This document shows positions 7,772 to 15,144 of a stretch of 15,144 bases of DNA, piece after piece. The stretch comes from an uncultured Thermococci archaeon (GTDB lineage Archaea; Methanobacteriota_B; Thermococci; Thermococcales; Thermococcaceae). The notes beneath the pieces were generated by a model that was not told where the DNA came from, did no database searches, and saw only the letters and a list, made by a program, of their open reading frames with translations. A program made the translations under genes and the position numbers. How positions within the stretch are numbered: the stretch's first letter is position 1; every line of letters begins with the position of its first letter. The stretch is from positions 1 through 15,144 of the forward strand of contig CAZTOS010000057.1 in the NCBI GenBank assembly GCA_964615185.1. Reading direction: 5' to 3'.

Positions 7772-9046
7772 TCATCCAATATCCAGCAGAAACTTCCACA
7801 GCGGAACGACCTTCACCGTTGTCCACGCGGTTTCCATCTCTTTTTCCTCGTCGAGCGTTACGATGGTGAGGTTTCTGCATCTCAGCTTTCTTCCAGCCTC
7901 GACAAGAGCCAGGACTTCCCTATCTTTGCTCTCAGACAGATTTTGAGTGACCTGAATTAGCTCCACCACCCTTCCAGACTCAACGAGCACGAAGTCCACT
8001 TCTCTCTCCCCGGAGCCGCCGTAATAGTAAATCTTGAGCAGGGAGTTGCGGTAGTACCTGCGCCTCATCAGCTCAAGGAAAACGGTGTTCTCCATGTCCC
8101 TCGCAATGTCTTTGCGTGAGAACAGTGAGAATCCCGTATCCACAAGGTAGACCTTCTTGGGTGCTCTCTGGGATTCCTTCTTGGAACGGGCGTATTTTGG
8201 CAGGAAGAAGACAAAGAACGAATCCTCAAGGGCCTTGAGGTATTCGAGGGCGGTCGTCTTCGATGTCCCAAACTCAGACTTCAAAAAGCCGTGTATGGAG
8301 CTATAAGAGGTGTACTTGGCATAGCTTGAGAGGAGCAGCTTGATAACGCTTTCTATAAGGGCAATGTTCCGAATTCTGTGCCTCTCAATGATGTCCTTGG
8401 TTATCATTACAGACAGGTACTCCTCAAGGATTCTGACCTTATCCTTCATAAGAGCAACTTCTGGAAATCCCCCGAACCTGAGATACTCATCAAGAAGCTT
8501 CTTTACCCTGTGAACCTTCCGGCCGTAGAGGTCGCGTCTTTCAATTTGGAAGCCCTTAAACCTCAGAAACTCCCTGAAGGAAAGGGGCAGGATGGTGTAC
8601 GTTACCGCCCGACCTCTGAGCTGAGTTGCTATCTCCCTTGAGAGGAGCCTTGATGATGAACCGGTAACCCCAACCCTGAAGCCCTCATCCGTGAGATACC
8701 TGACCCCAACCTCCCAGTCCGGGACGTTCTGCACCTCATCGAGGAGAAAGATAATCTCTGTCCCAATGTTCTCGGGATAAAGGTCAAAGTACGCGTCGAG
8801 AATTTTTGGAAAGTCCCTGCCGGTTATTCCAAACAAGAGAGGGTTTTCGAAGTTGAGGTAAATATATCGCTCTTTCTCAACTCCAATCATGGAATACAGG
8901 AGGTATGTCTTTCCGGAGCGCCTTGGTCCGATTATTGCGGTTGCCCTTCCCCCGACAAGAGCTGGCTGAACTTCTCTCTCAATGACCTCTGGCAAATCCC
9001 TCTCGTGGAATAGGCGAATGTAGCGTTTTATGTCCTCCAGATCCAT
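7772..9046 (-). CDS. AAA_14-type ATPase with wHTH and C-terminal DUF4143/PD-(D/E)xK nuclease-like domain (COG1373)
   Basis: Walker A GPRRSGKT, Walker B FLLDEVQ, VTGSS, YLRFGGFPE, KKVYLVDTG, ENTVFLEL and REVDFV...LIQV. ATG 9046 is preferred because it lies 30 nt from the TATA box. Confidence 0.9.
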   Translation of the reverse strand: MDLEDIKRYIRLFHERDLPEVIEREVQPALVGGRATAIIGPRRSGKTYLLYSMIGVEKERYIYLNFENPLLFGITGRDFPKILDAYFDLYPENIGTEIIFLLDEVQNVPDWEVGVRYLTDEGFRVGVTGSSSRLLSREIATQLRGRAVTYTILPLSFREFLRFKGFQIERRDLYGRKVHRVKKLLDEYLRFGGFPEVALMKDKVRILEEYLSVMITKDIIERHRIRNIALIESVIKLLLSSYAKYTSYSSIHGFLKSEFGTSKTTALEYLKALEDSFFVFFLPKYARSKKESQRAPKKVYLVDTGFSLFSRKDIARDMENTVFLELMRRRYYRNSLLKIYYYGGSGEREVDFVLVESGRVVELIQVTQNLSESKDREVLALVEAGRKLRCRNLTIVTLDEEKEMETAWTTVKVVPLWKFLLDIG

Positions 9047-9083
9047 GGTACAGTATACTGTACCAATATTTATAAATTTTTGG
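9046..9083 (-). promoter_or_regulatory. BRE-TATA promoter plus perfect 20-bp palindromic operator for the ATPase gene
   Basis: CCAAAAA-TTTATAAA on the minus strand (9083-9069), followed by TGGTACAGTATACTGTACCA (9046-9065), whose end coincides with the A of the start codon. Confidence 0.8.
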
Positions 9084-9102
9084 TTCATTGGACAGTACTA
9101 CA

Positions 9103-10485
9103 TCAGTAAATTCCCTTTCTCCTTAACAAAGCAAGATAGCTTGTGAAAGCTCCCGCTGAAATGGTATCTCCAAGCCCTACTGTTGATACTGGGTTTTTAA
9201 CCAGTCTTGTTGGAATGATGACAACTTTATATTCCCTCGTTCTCAGTTTTCTCTTTGCCTCTTCAAATCTAAGCTTCACGAATTCACCATATTCGTTATA
9301 TGGCACCTTCAATCCAACTTTAAAGTCCTCTGGACTCTTTATGTCTCCAAGAGAAGCCCTTGCTGCTGCAAGTGTTGTTGCAATCTCCAAGCTCTGCCTA
9401 AGTTCATCTTCACTGAGCGGGTTGTCTTTGTGAGTAATATACATGAGATAATAAATCGTGTGAATTTGAAGAATCTCAAGATTGAGCTCGTCAAGAATAA
9501 TTTTCCCACCCAAAACTGTGTCTTCAATTCTATTGTAGTTGAATATTCTGTCTGCAAGCTTTGGATAGCCGAGAGAGTTGAGAATATGAGCAATCTCTGA
9601 CTCATCCATTCCAACGCTATCAGCTAAGGGGAAGATGTTGTAAATGACTTTCTTCCTCAGCTCTCTGTCCTGAATTGATGCAAACTCAACGTGAACCCTG
9701 ATGTCCTTGTTTTTCTTAAGAAGTCTTATATCCTCCTTTGCCTTCCTTAAGTAATAGTTGGCATCTTTTCCATCAGAATATCGTTTTTTAATTCCTTGAT
9801 ATCCAGATAAAATAGCCCCGTCCACAAGCTCACCAATTTCCGGCAAAAGCTGCTTTAAGTCTTCCTTGGTCTCAATCCTAATGCTCTCGAAACGGGAAGC
9901 AACAATAAAGCGACCAGAATGAGGAACTTCTATAACCTCATTGCCCAGTTTAAATCTTGTTCCTTTTCTAAATTCAAAGATTCTGTTCACCTTTATGGGG
10001 TCATTTTCACGATACGCTTCAATGGGCTTTTTTAAAACCAGCTTTCCATTCTCAACAACAGGATAAAGAAGATTCGATTTGTTAACAAACATTTGAGCTT
10101 GTCTCTTAGCTAAAATGGGAGAATATGCTATAACCTTTTTAAAATCAAGATTAGCAAGAAGGTTGGCAATAATTCCAACTTGACCTCCCATTCTCTCCAC
10201 ATCGTACTTAAATCTCTCATCAAACCATGTGTGCATTTCCTCATTTACAAGAGGAACAGCCATAGGTTTTCCAGTTTTTAAAGCATGAATAAGACGAGCA
10301 ACGAAATCAATTGGTTCGTTGATTTCTCTTGGATACTCTTCCATTCTCTTCTTTATGTTTTCTGCCCCAAGCTCGTTGATCAGCTTTTCAATATGTTCCC
10401 TTTTTAGATAAACTATTGCATCCACGTTGATATTATACGCTAAGTATAAGCTGAGCTTTTGGGCATCTTGAAAAACATCAATCAT
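9103..10485 (-). CDS. pfkC: ADP-specific phosphofructokinase
   Basis: LAYNINVDAI, ERMGGQVGIIAN, NRIFEF, HVEFASI, SVGMDESE and PVSTVGLGDTISAGAF (ribokinase-fold catalytic Asp). The sequence resembles Thermococcales ADP-PFK more than ADP-glucokinase. GAGGGTGA RBS precedes ATG 10485. Confidence 0.9.
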   Translation of the reverse strand: MIDVFQDAQKLSLYLAYNINVDAIVYLKREHIEKLINELGAENIKKRMEEYPREINEPIDFVARLIHALKTGKPMAVPLVNEEMHTWFDERFKYDVERMGGQVGIIANLLANLDFKKVIAYSPILAKRQAQMFVNKSNLLYPVVENGKLVLKKPIEAYRENDPIKVNRIFEFRKGTRFKLGNEVIEVPHSGRFIVASRFESIRIETKEDLKQLLPEIGELVDGAILSGYQGIKKRYSDGKDANYYLRKAKEDIRLLKKNKDIRVHVEFASIQDRELRKKVIYNIFPLADSVGMDESEIAHILNSLGYPKLADRIFNYNRIEDTVLGGKIILDELNLEILQIHTIYYLMYITHKDNPLSEDELRQSLEIATTLAAARASLGDIKSPEDFKVGLKVPYNEYGEFVKLRFEEAKRKLRTREYKVVIIPTRLVKNPVSTVGLGDTISAGAFTSYLALLRRKGIY

Positions 10486-10488
10486 TGG

Positions 10489-10505
10489 TATCACCCTCGG
10501 TGAGT
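10489..10505. promoter_or_regulatory. Thermococcales glycolytic motif (TGM; TrmBL1/Tgr site)
   Basis: TATCAC-CCTCG-GTGAGT against consensus TATCAC-N5-GTGATA. It lies downstream of the pfk BRE-TATA (CGAAAACATTTTAAA, minus strand, 10544-10530) and overlaps the RBS. Confidence 0.7.
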
Positions 10506-10596
10506 ACTAATCCAAAGTTAAGAGTTCGGTTTAAAATGTTTTCGCTGCGATTACTGGACAAATGTCAATTTGAGCTGTGGAAGAAACAGAAATACT

Positions 10597-11310
10597 TCAA
10601 TATTCCATGAAGAGCTTCCCAAGCCATGGAATCTTTTCTCGAACATCCAATTCTCTTAAGGCAAGCCATAACGATGCTTGATTGCTCGTAACAACTGGTA
10701 CCCCTAAATCCCCTTCAAGAGCTTCAATTATATCGAAAGTCCTTAAATTGGTGCAGCTTATGAAAACTGCATCCACATCATCAATGAACATTGCCTTAGC
10801 CATGCGATAAGCTTCATAGGGTTCAAGTTTTCCCACCTGAAGGTTATCAACAATTCCAAGTCCTCTAATATCAAGAACTTCAAATTCGTTAGCCTCAAGA
10901 AATTCCTTCTCTCTCTGATTTATCTCATCAGTATAGGGGGTTATTACCATTATCTGCTGGGCATCTAACATCTTCAGTGCCTCAACAACAGCCGTGCTTG
11001 TTGTTACAACCGGAATGTTAACTTCTCTTTCAATTTTTTCCTCAAGTTCAGCCTCAAAGTTAATTCCGCCTATAAAAGAACCACTTGTACATCCATAAAG
11101 GATTAAATCGACATTTGCATCTTTCAAAAGTCGTGCACTCTCAACCGCAAGAGAACTCATTTTTAAAAGCTCTTCCTCTGTGATACCCTTTAACGGCATT
11201 CTCGCTGTGTGAAGGGAAACACCCTCAGGCAGGGCAGAGTGGAGCTCCATCTCCATTGTGGTGTTTGATGATGGAACTATCAGTCCAATCCTCCCTCTCC
11301 ATCCATACAT
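10597..11310 (-). CDS. Maleate cis-trans isomerase / arylmalonate decarboxylase family protein (Asp/Glu racemase superfamily)
   Basis: GRIGLIVPSSNTTME, YGCTSGS and FISCTNL (two catalytic Cys), TPY and PVVTSNQA. AGGTGGG RBS precedes ATG 11310. Confidence 0.88.
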   Translation of the reverse strand: MYGWRGRIGLIVPSSNTTMEMELHSALPEGVSLHTARMPLKGITEEELLKMSSLAVESARLLKDANVDLILYGCTSGSFIGGINFEAELEEKIEREVNIPVVTTSTAVVEALKMLDAQQIMVITPYTDEINQREKEFLEANEFEVLDIRGLGIVDNLQVGKLEPYEAYRMAKAMFIDDVDAVFISCTNLRTFDIIEALEGDLGVPVVTSNQASLWLALRELDVREKIPWLGKLFMEY

Positions 11311-11406
11311 GAATCCCACCTAAAAGAAGTTCTCAGGGCATTACTTAAACCTTTGGTTCACAAAAGGTTAATTAGCTAAAAACATAACGTTAAGACGGTG
11401 ATTTTC

Positions 11407-12012
11407 ATGGAATTAAGTGAGGCAATAGCTAAGAGAACTTCCGTGAGATTTTATGAGGAAAGAGAAGTTGATGAGGAAACTTTAAAGGAGCTAATTAAAG
11501 CTGCTATAAGAGCACCAACTGCAAGCGGATTGGAGAACTGGCTTTTTGTAGCATACAAAAGTAAGGACATTCAAGAAAAAATCTATGAGCTTATAAAGCA
11601 GGGACATATTGAGTATTTTACTGAAAGAGGATTACCAGAGGAAAAAATGGAGAAGCTGCTGAAAAGATTTGAAGAAGGAATGTACAAGGCCCCGCTCTAT
11701 TTAGGGGTATTCATTAACAAAAATGTTAAAGCACTACAAGATGAGAAATACAGCAAGTTGGAGTTTTGCTTTTCATTAGAAAGTGCTGCGATGGCAATTG
11801 AAAACTTAATGCTAAAGGCTGTTGAGCTCGGATTAGGAACATGCTACATAGGGGTTGCATGCTTCGAGGACATAGAAAAAGAGCTTAAGAAAATGGCCGG
11901 TCTGGGAGAGGAGTACTTCCTTGTGGGGTTGATAACAGTAGGATATCCCAAAAGAAAAGTTATACCAAGAGAAAGAAAGAAGGATGTTGATGAAGTTTTG
12001 AGGGTACTTTAA
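11407..12012 (+). CDS. Nitroreductase family (NAD(P)H-flavin oxidoreductase)
   Basis: AIAKRTSVRFY, APTASGLENW, AIENLMLKAVELGLGTCYIG and ITVGYP motifs. GGTGA RBS precedes ATG 11407. Confidence 0.92.
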   Translation: MELSEAIAKRTSVRFYEEREVDEETLKELIKAAIRAPTASGLENWLFVAYKSKDIQEKIYELIKQGHIEYFTERGLPEEKMEKLLKRFEEGMYKAPLYLGVFINKNVKALQDEKYSKLEFCFSLESAAMAIENLMLKAVELGLGTCYIGVACFEDIEKELKKMAGLGEEYFLVGLITVGYPKRKVIPRERKKDVDEVLRVL

Positions 12013-12061
12013 GGAATCTTTTTATTAAACCTCCACCCATTAATACGTCAATGGTGAAAAA

Positions 12062-12382
12062 ATGATTGAGTTTGTGATACTGCTGGGTCTTATTGGTGGA
12101 TGGTTAATCTTTGCATCCACACTATTTTTAATGCTCGCCTTAGGTAAGATGTGGGGATTATTCGGGATTATCCTTCTAATTGCTGGAATTGAAATAAACC
12201 ACAAACTGAAGGCAAAGTACATGAAAGCGGTTATGGATTATTCTCCAAGAGCAAAAGAACTCGCAATGCATATATTTGAGATGAATGAGCTTATATTAAT
12301 GTCCTCTTACGTAATAGCCCTATCCCTCTACGCAGTCCTCCAAAGATACATAGAGATCATGATAAAACTACCCACGGTGTGA
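12062..12382 (+). CDS. Small membrane protein of unknown function
   Basis: Three hydrophobic segments; GGTGA RBS; ends 4 nt before thiI, so probably co-transcribed. Confidence 0.75.
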   Translation: MIEFVILLGLIGGWLIFASTLFLMLALGKMWGLFGIILLIAGIEINHKLKAKYMKAVMDYSPRAKELAMHIFEMNELILMSSYVIALSLYAVLQRYIEIMIKLPTV

Positions 12383-12386
12383 GAGT

Positions 12387-13532
12387 ATGTTCAACTGTTT
12401 GATAATTCGATATGGAGAGATCGGAACAAAATCGAAACAAACAAGAAGATGGTTTGAGAACGTATTAGCCAATAACATTAGAGAGGCGTTGGTCAGCGAG
12501 GGAATTGGCTATAAAAGTATCTTTGCGAAACATGGAAGGATAATAGTCAAAACAAATAAAGCAAGGGAGAGTGTGGATGTTTTAAAGCGGGTATTTGGTA
12601 TTGTTTCCCTTTCTCCAGCGATGGAAGTTGATGCTGAATTAGAAAAAATTAACAAGACTGCTCTAAGGCTCTTCCGCAAAAAGAAGAGAGAGCTTAATTT
12701 GGAAAAGCCCAAGTTCAGAGTTACAGCAAGGCGAATTACAAAGGAGTTTCATCTGAAAAGTCCAGAAATTCAAGCTAAAGTTGGTGAATATATCTTGAAG
12801 AATGAAGAGGCTGATGTAGATTTGAAAAACTATGACATAAATGTTGGCGTTGAAATTATGGAAGGCAAAGCCTACATCTTTGTTGATAAAATAAAAGCTT
12901 TTGGCGGCTTACCCATAGGGACGCAGGGAAAAGTCGTTGCCTTGCTCAGTGGAGGCATAAACTCCTCAGTAGCAGCTTTTTTAATGATGAAGCGTGGATG
13001 TGAGATTATACCCGTCCATGTTTACATGGGTGAAAAAACCCTTGAAAAAGTCAGAAAAATATGGAATCAGCTGAAAAAGTACCATTACGGCGGGAAGAGT
13101 GATTTAATCGTAATCAAGCCAAAAGAAAGAGAAAGAATTCTCCAAAAGCTTAAAGAACTTGGGAAAGAGAACTACACCTGCATTTTTTGCAAGTTCATGA
13201 TGGTCAAAAATGCTGATAAGATAGCGAGAGAATTTGGGGCTAAAGGTATCGTTATGGGAGACTCCCTCGGACAGGTCGCTTCTCAAACATTAGAAAATAT
13301 GTATATAGTCAGCCAAGCGAGCGATTTACCTATTTACAGACCGCTCATAGGACTGGACAAGGAAGAAATAATAGGAATAGCAAAAGAAATAGGCACTTTT
13401 GAGCTATCAACGCTTCCAGAGGATGAAGTTTCATTCATTCCAAAGCACCCAGTGATTAAAGGCTCTTGGGAAGAATTCAAAAAGCTCTACAGAGAAATCT
13501 TTGGAGAAGAACCCAAAAAGAGGGGGTGCTGA
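12387..13532 (+). CDS. thiI: ThiI/TtuI-family tRNA 4-thiouridine synthetase, full length (NFLD + THUMP + PP-loop) with degenerate catalytic motifs
   Basis: IIRYGEIGTKS N-terminus, THUMP region FRVTARR, GGLPIGTQGKVVALLSGGINS, CIFC, GDSLGQVASQT and RPLIGLDKEEI. Confidence 0.9.
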   Translation: MFNCLIIRYGEIGTKSKQTRRWFENVLANNIREALVSEGIGYKSIFAKHGRIIVKTNKARESVDVLKRVFGIVSLSPAMEVDAELEKINKTALRLFRKKKRELNLEKPKFRVTARRITKEFHLKSPEIQAKVGEYILKNEEADVDLKNYDINVGVEIMEGKAYIFVDKIKAFGGLPIGTQGKVVALLSGGINSSVAAFLMMKRGCEIIPVHVYMGEKTLEKVRKIWNQLKKYHYGGKSDLIVIKPKERERILQKLKELGKENYTCIFCKFMMVKNADKIAREFGAKGIVMGDSLGQVASQTLENMYIVSQASDLPIYRPLIGLDKEEIIGIAKEIGTFELSTLPEDEVSFIPKHPVIKGSWEEFKKLYREIFGEEPKKRGC

Positions 13533-13536
13533 AATA

Positions 13537-14130
13537 GTGAAGGCCGTTGCTTTGCTCAGCTCAGGAATAGATTCACCCGTAGCTATCTACTTGATGCTTA
13601 AGAAGGGATTAGAGGTTATTCCAATCCACTTTAAACAAGATGGGGGCAAGTATAGGAAAGTCCAAAAAATTTGGAAGCAGCTGAAAGAACTCTACCCTGA
13701 AAGGCTGAAAGAATTAGTCGTCGTTGATGTTTATGAATACCAAGCTCCTATTTTTGAAAAGCTAATCGAGCTGAAAAAAGAGAAATGGATTTGTGTATTC
13801 TGCAAGTTCACGATGTACAAGAAGGCAACAGAGATAGCAAGAGAAAACGGGGCATTAGCCCTTATAACTGGAGATTCTTTAGGGCAGGTAGCCTCCCAAA
13901 CCCTTGATAACTTGCTTATAATTTCACTGGCAACTGATTTACCAATCTTAAGGCCTCTTATTGGATTAGATAAAGAGGAAGTTGTGAGTATTGCTAAGGA
14001 AATTGGAACTTTTAATATAAGTATTGAACCTGAAGAAGGTTGCCCATTTGTACCAAAGCATCCAATAATCCGAGGATCACTGGGAGAATTCAAGAAAATT
14101 TATAAAGAAGTTTTTGGAACTTCCTGTTAA
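13537..14130 (+). CDS. ThiI-like PP-loop catalytic-domain-only protein (no THUMP)
   Basis: KAVALLSSGIDSPVA, CVFC, GDSLGQVASQT, RPLIGLDKEE and GCPFVPKHP. GTG 13537 follows a GGGGGTG RBS at the end of thiI and is preferred over TTG 13501. Confidence 0.88.
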   Translation: MKAVALLSSGIDSPVAIYLMLKKGLEVIPIHFKQDGGKYRKVQKIWKQLKELYPERLKELVVVDVYEYQAPIFEKLIELKKEKWICVFCKFTMYKKATEIARENGALALITGDSLGQVASQTLDNLLIISLATDLPILRPLIGLDKEEVVSIAKEIGTFNISIEPEEGCPFVPKHPIIRGSLGEFKKIYKEVFGTSC

Positions 14131-14171
14131 TTACATACTTTTGTATATTATTGCTCTAAAAGAAACACTTA

Positions 14172-14368
14172 ATTGACCAGATTGTTGAAATAACCTAAAG
14201 GTGCCATAAAAACTGCAAGAAGTGACGATATTTTGATAGACTGGTGCTGTCGTAAGAGGTCTGGAGAAGGTTAGCGACAAATACACCGGGACAACAGTGT
14301 TGATATTCCCTGACGATGGATTTAAATATGTTGAGATATTTGAAAGATACTTGAGTGGCAAAATATGA
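14172..14368 (+). pseudogene. Decayed 3' remnant of a cysteine synthase (PLP fold-type II) gene
   Basis: Three successive frames give IDQIVEIT* / GAIKTARSDDILI / TGAVVRGLEKVSDKYTGTTVLIFPDDGFKYVEIFERYLSGKI*, matching the CysK/CysM C-terminal pattern (..G.SSGA....V.IFPD.G.KY). Its TGA overlaps the next ATG (ATGA). Confidence 0.75.
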
Positions 14369-14661
14369 AATTGACTGTATATTTGCTGTTTCTTCAAGCT
14401 TTCTTTTTATTGTACTACTATGTTAGTGAGAACTCCTTAATATACTTAACATTTGGTCTGCTAAATTTTGTTTTGGCTTGGGCTATTTTTAAAGGAGAGA
14501 GCAGGGCGGTTAAAATTACTCTGGTTTACAAAGGCTTAGACTTATTTTTCTCAATTTTAATGTTAATGAGTGGAGTTCTAAGTGCTGGAATCAGCGGATT
14601 GATAGACTTTTTGATTATCCATGACTTAGTTGGGCTGTTTGGAAAAAGCAGAAACCCTTAG
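14365..14661 (+). CDS. Small membrane protein of unknown function
   Basis: 98 aa with 3-4 hydrophobic segments; translationally coupled (ATGA) to the cysteine synthase remnant. Confidence 0.65.
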   Translation: MKLTVYLLFLQAFFLLYYYVSENSLIYLTFGLLNFVLAWAIFKGESRAVKITLVYKGLDLFFSILMLMSGVLSAGISGLIDFLIIHDLVGLFGKSRNP

Positions 14662-14889
14662 CATTGTCGGCTTTTCTATCGAACATGAAGTTTACAGCAT
14701 TAGTTTATGTCAATGAGTTTGTATGATTTTATGAAAAACTCCAAGGAAAATTTCGTTATTTTCCCTAACAGGAGGTTCTTTCATCTCTCACAAGCTGAAA
14801 AACAAAAGACCCTGTTTATTGAGTAGTCGCTCTTTGACATAGTGCCTATACAAGAAGATTTTTATCCATTAATACCAAAAGCTTCTTTC

Positions 14890-15144
14890 ATGAAAAAACT
14901 GTATCTCATAATGATCGCTGGATTCTTTGCAATACTTGGCTCAACCATGAGCAAATCTCCTACGTTACCCCTCTATGCACAAAGTTTGGGGCTAACAAAA
15001 GGAGAAATTGGATTGGTGGCTTCAGCATCAACGGTAACAGGAATTCTTGTTAACTTTGTTTCAGGTATTTTAAGTGACATCTACGGAAGAAAAAAGCTGT
15101 TAAAACTCAGCGGATTTGTATTCTTCTCTGCTCCTCTCCTTTAC
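14890..15144 (+). CDS. MFS transporter (5' part; runs off the right edge of the window)
   Basis: Not in the ORF track; translated by hand: MKKLYLIMIAGFFAILGSTMSKSPTLPLYAQSLGLTKGEIGLVASASTVTGILVNFVSGILSDIYGRKKLL. Contains MFS motif A (GxLSDxxGRK). Confidence 0.9.
   Translation, partial: MKKLYLIMIAGFFAILGSTMSKSPTLPLYAQSLGLTKGEIGLVASASTVTGILVNFVSGILSDIYGRKKLLKLSGFVFFSAPLLY

Noticed and set aside
7750..9100. Insertion sequence or transposon
   Set aside because: No transposase, terminal inverted repeats or target-site duplication could be identified by eye.
14131..14397. Minus-strand 88-aa ORF
   Set aside because: It is antisense to the cysteine synthase remnant, which explains the region better.
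14662..14889. Short ORF (14714-14827, 37 aa) or further pseudogene in the gap before the MFS gene
   Set aside because: No RBS and no recognisable motif on either strand; it cannot be supported without a BLASTX search.
1..15144. CRISPR array, tRNA or rRNA genes
   Set aside because: No regularly spaced repeats or GC-rich structured RNA segments were seen; the intergenic gaps are short and AT-rich.

Overview
Archaeal DNA of Thermococcales type, most likely Thermococcus, judged from the GGTGA/GAGGTG ribosome-binding sites, BRE-TATA promoters and gene content. The left third (1-4837, minus strand) is the start of a carboxydotrophy cluster: corQ (V4R) - corR (regulator) - cooF - cooS (Ni-CO dehydrogenase) - cooC (cut by the window edge). 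Next come sfsA, a TOPRIM/coiled-coil protein and xerA. These are followed by a frameshifted lipoprotein remnant and a GC-richer AAA_14/DUF4143 ATPase-nuclease gene with a perfect 20-bp operator-like palindrome. The rest holds ADP-dependent phosphofructokinase with a TGM site, a maleate isomerase-family gene, a nitroreductase, a membrane protein, two tandem thiI paralogues, a decayed cysteine synthase remnant, a membrane protein and the start of an MFS transporter. Three observations stand out. (1) The ThiI pair looks complementary: one keeps the THUMP domain but has lost catalytic residues, the other lacks THUMP but keeps them, suggesting a split heteromeric tRNA thiolase. (2) CorR looks like a radical-SAM/SPASM-derived Fe-S domain fused to a ModE/LysR-type wHTH. 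(3) The ATPase-nuclease gene looks like a self-regulated single-gene insert. All family assignments come from motif recognition, not database searches.
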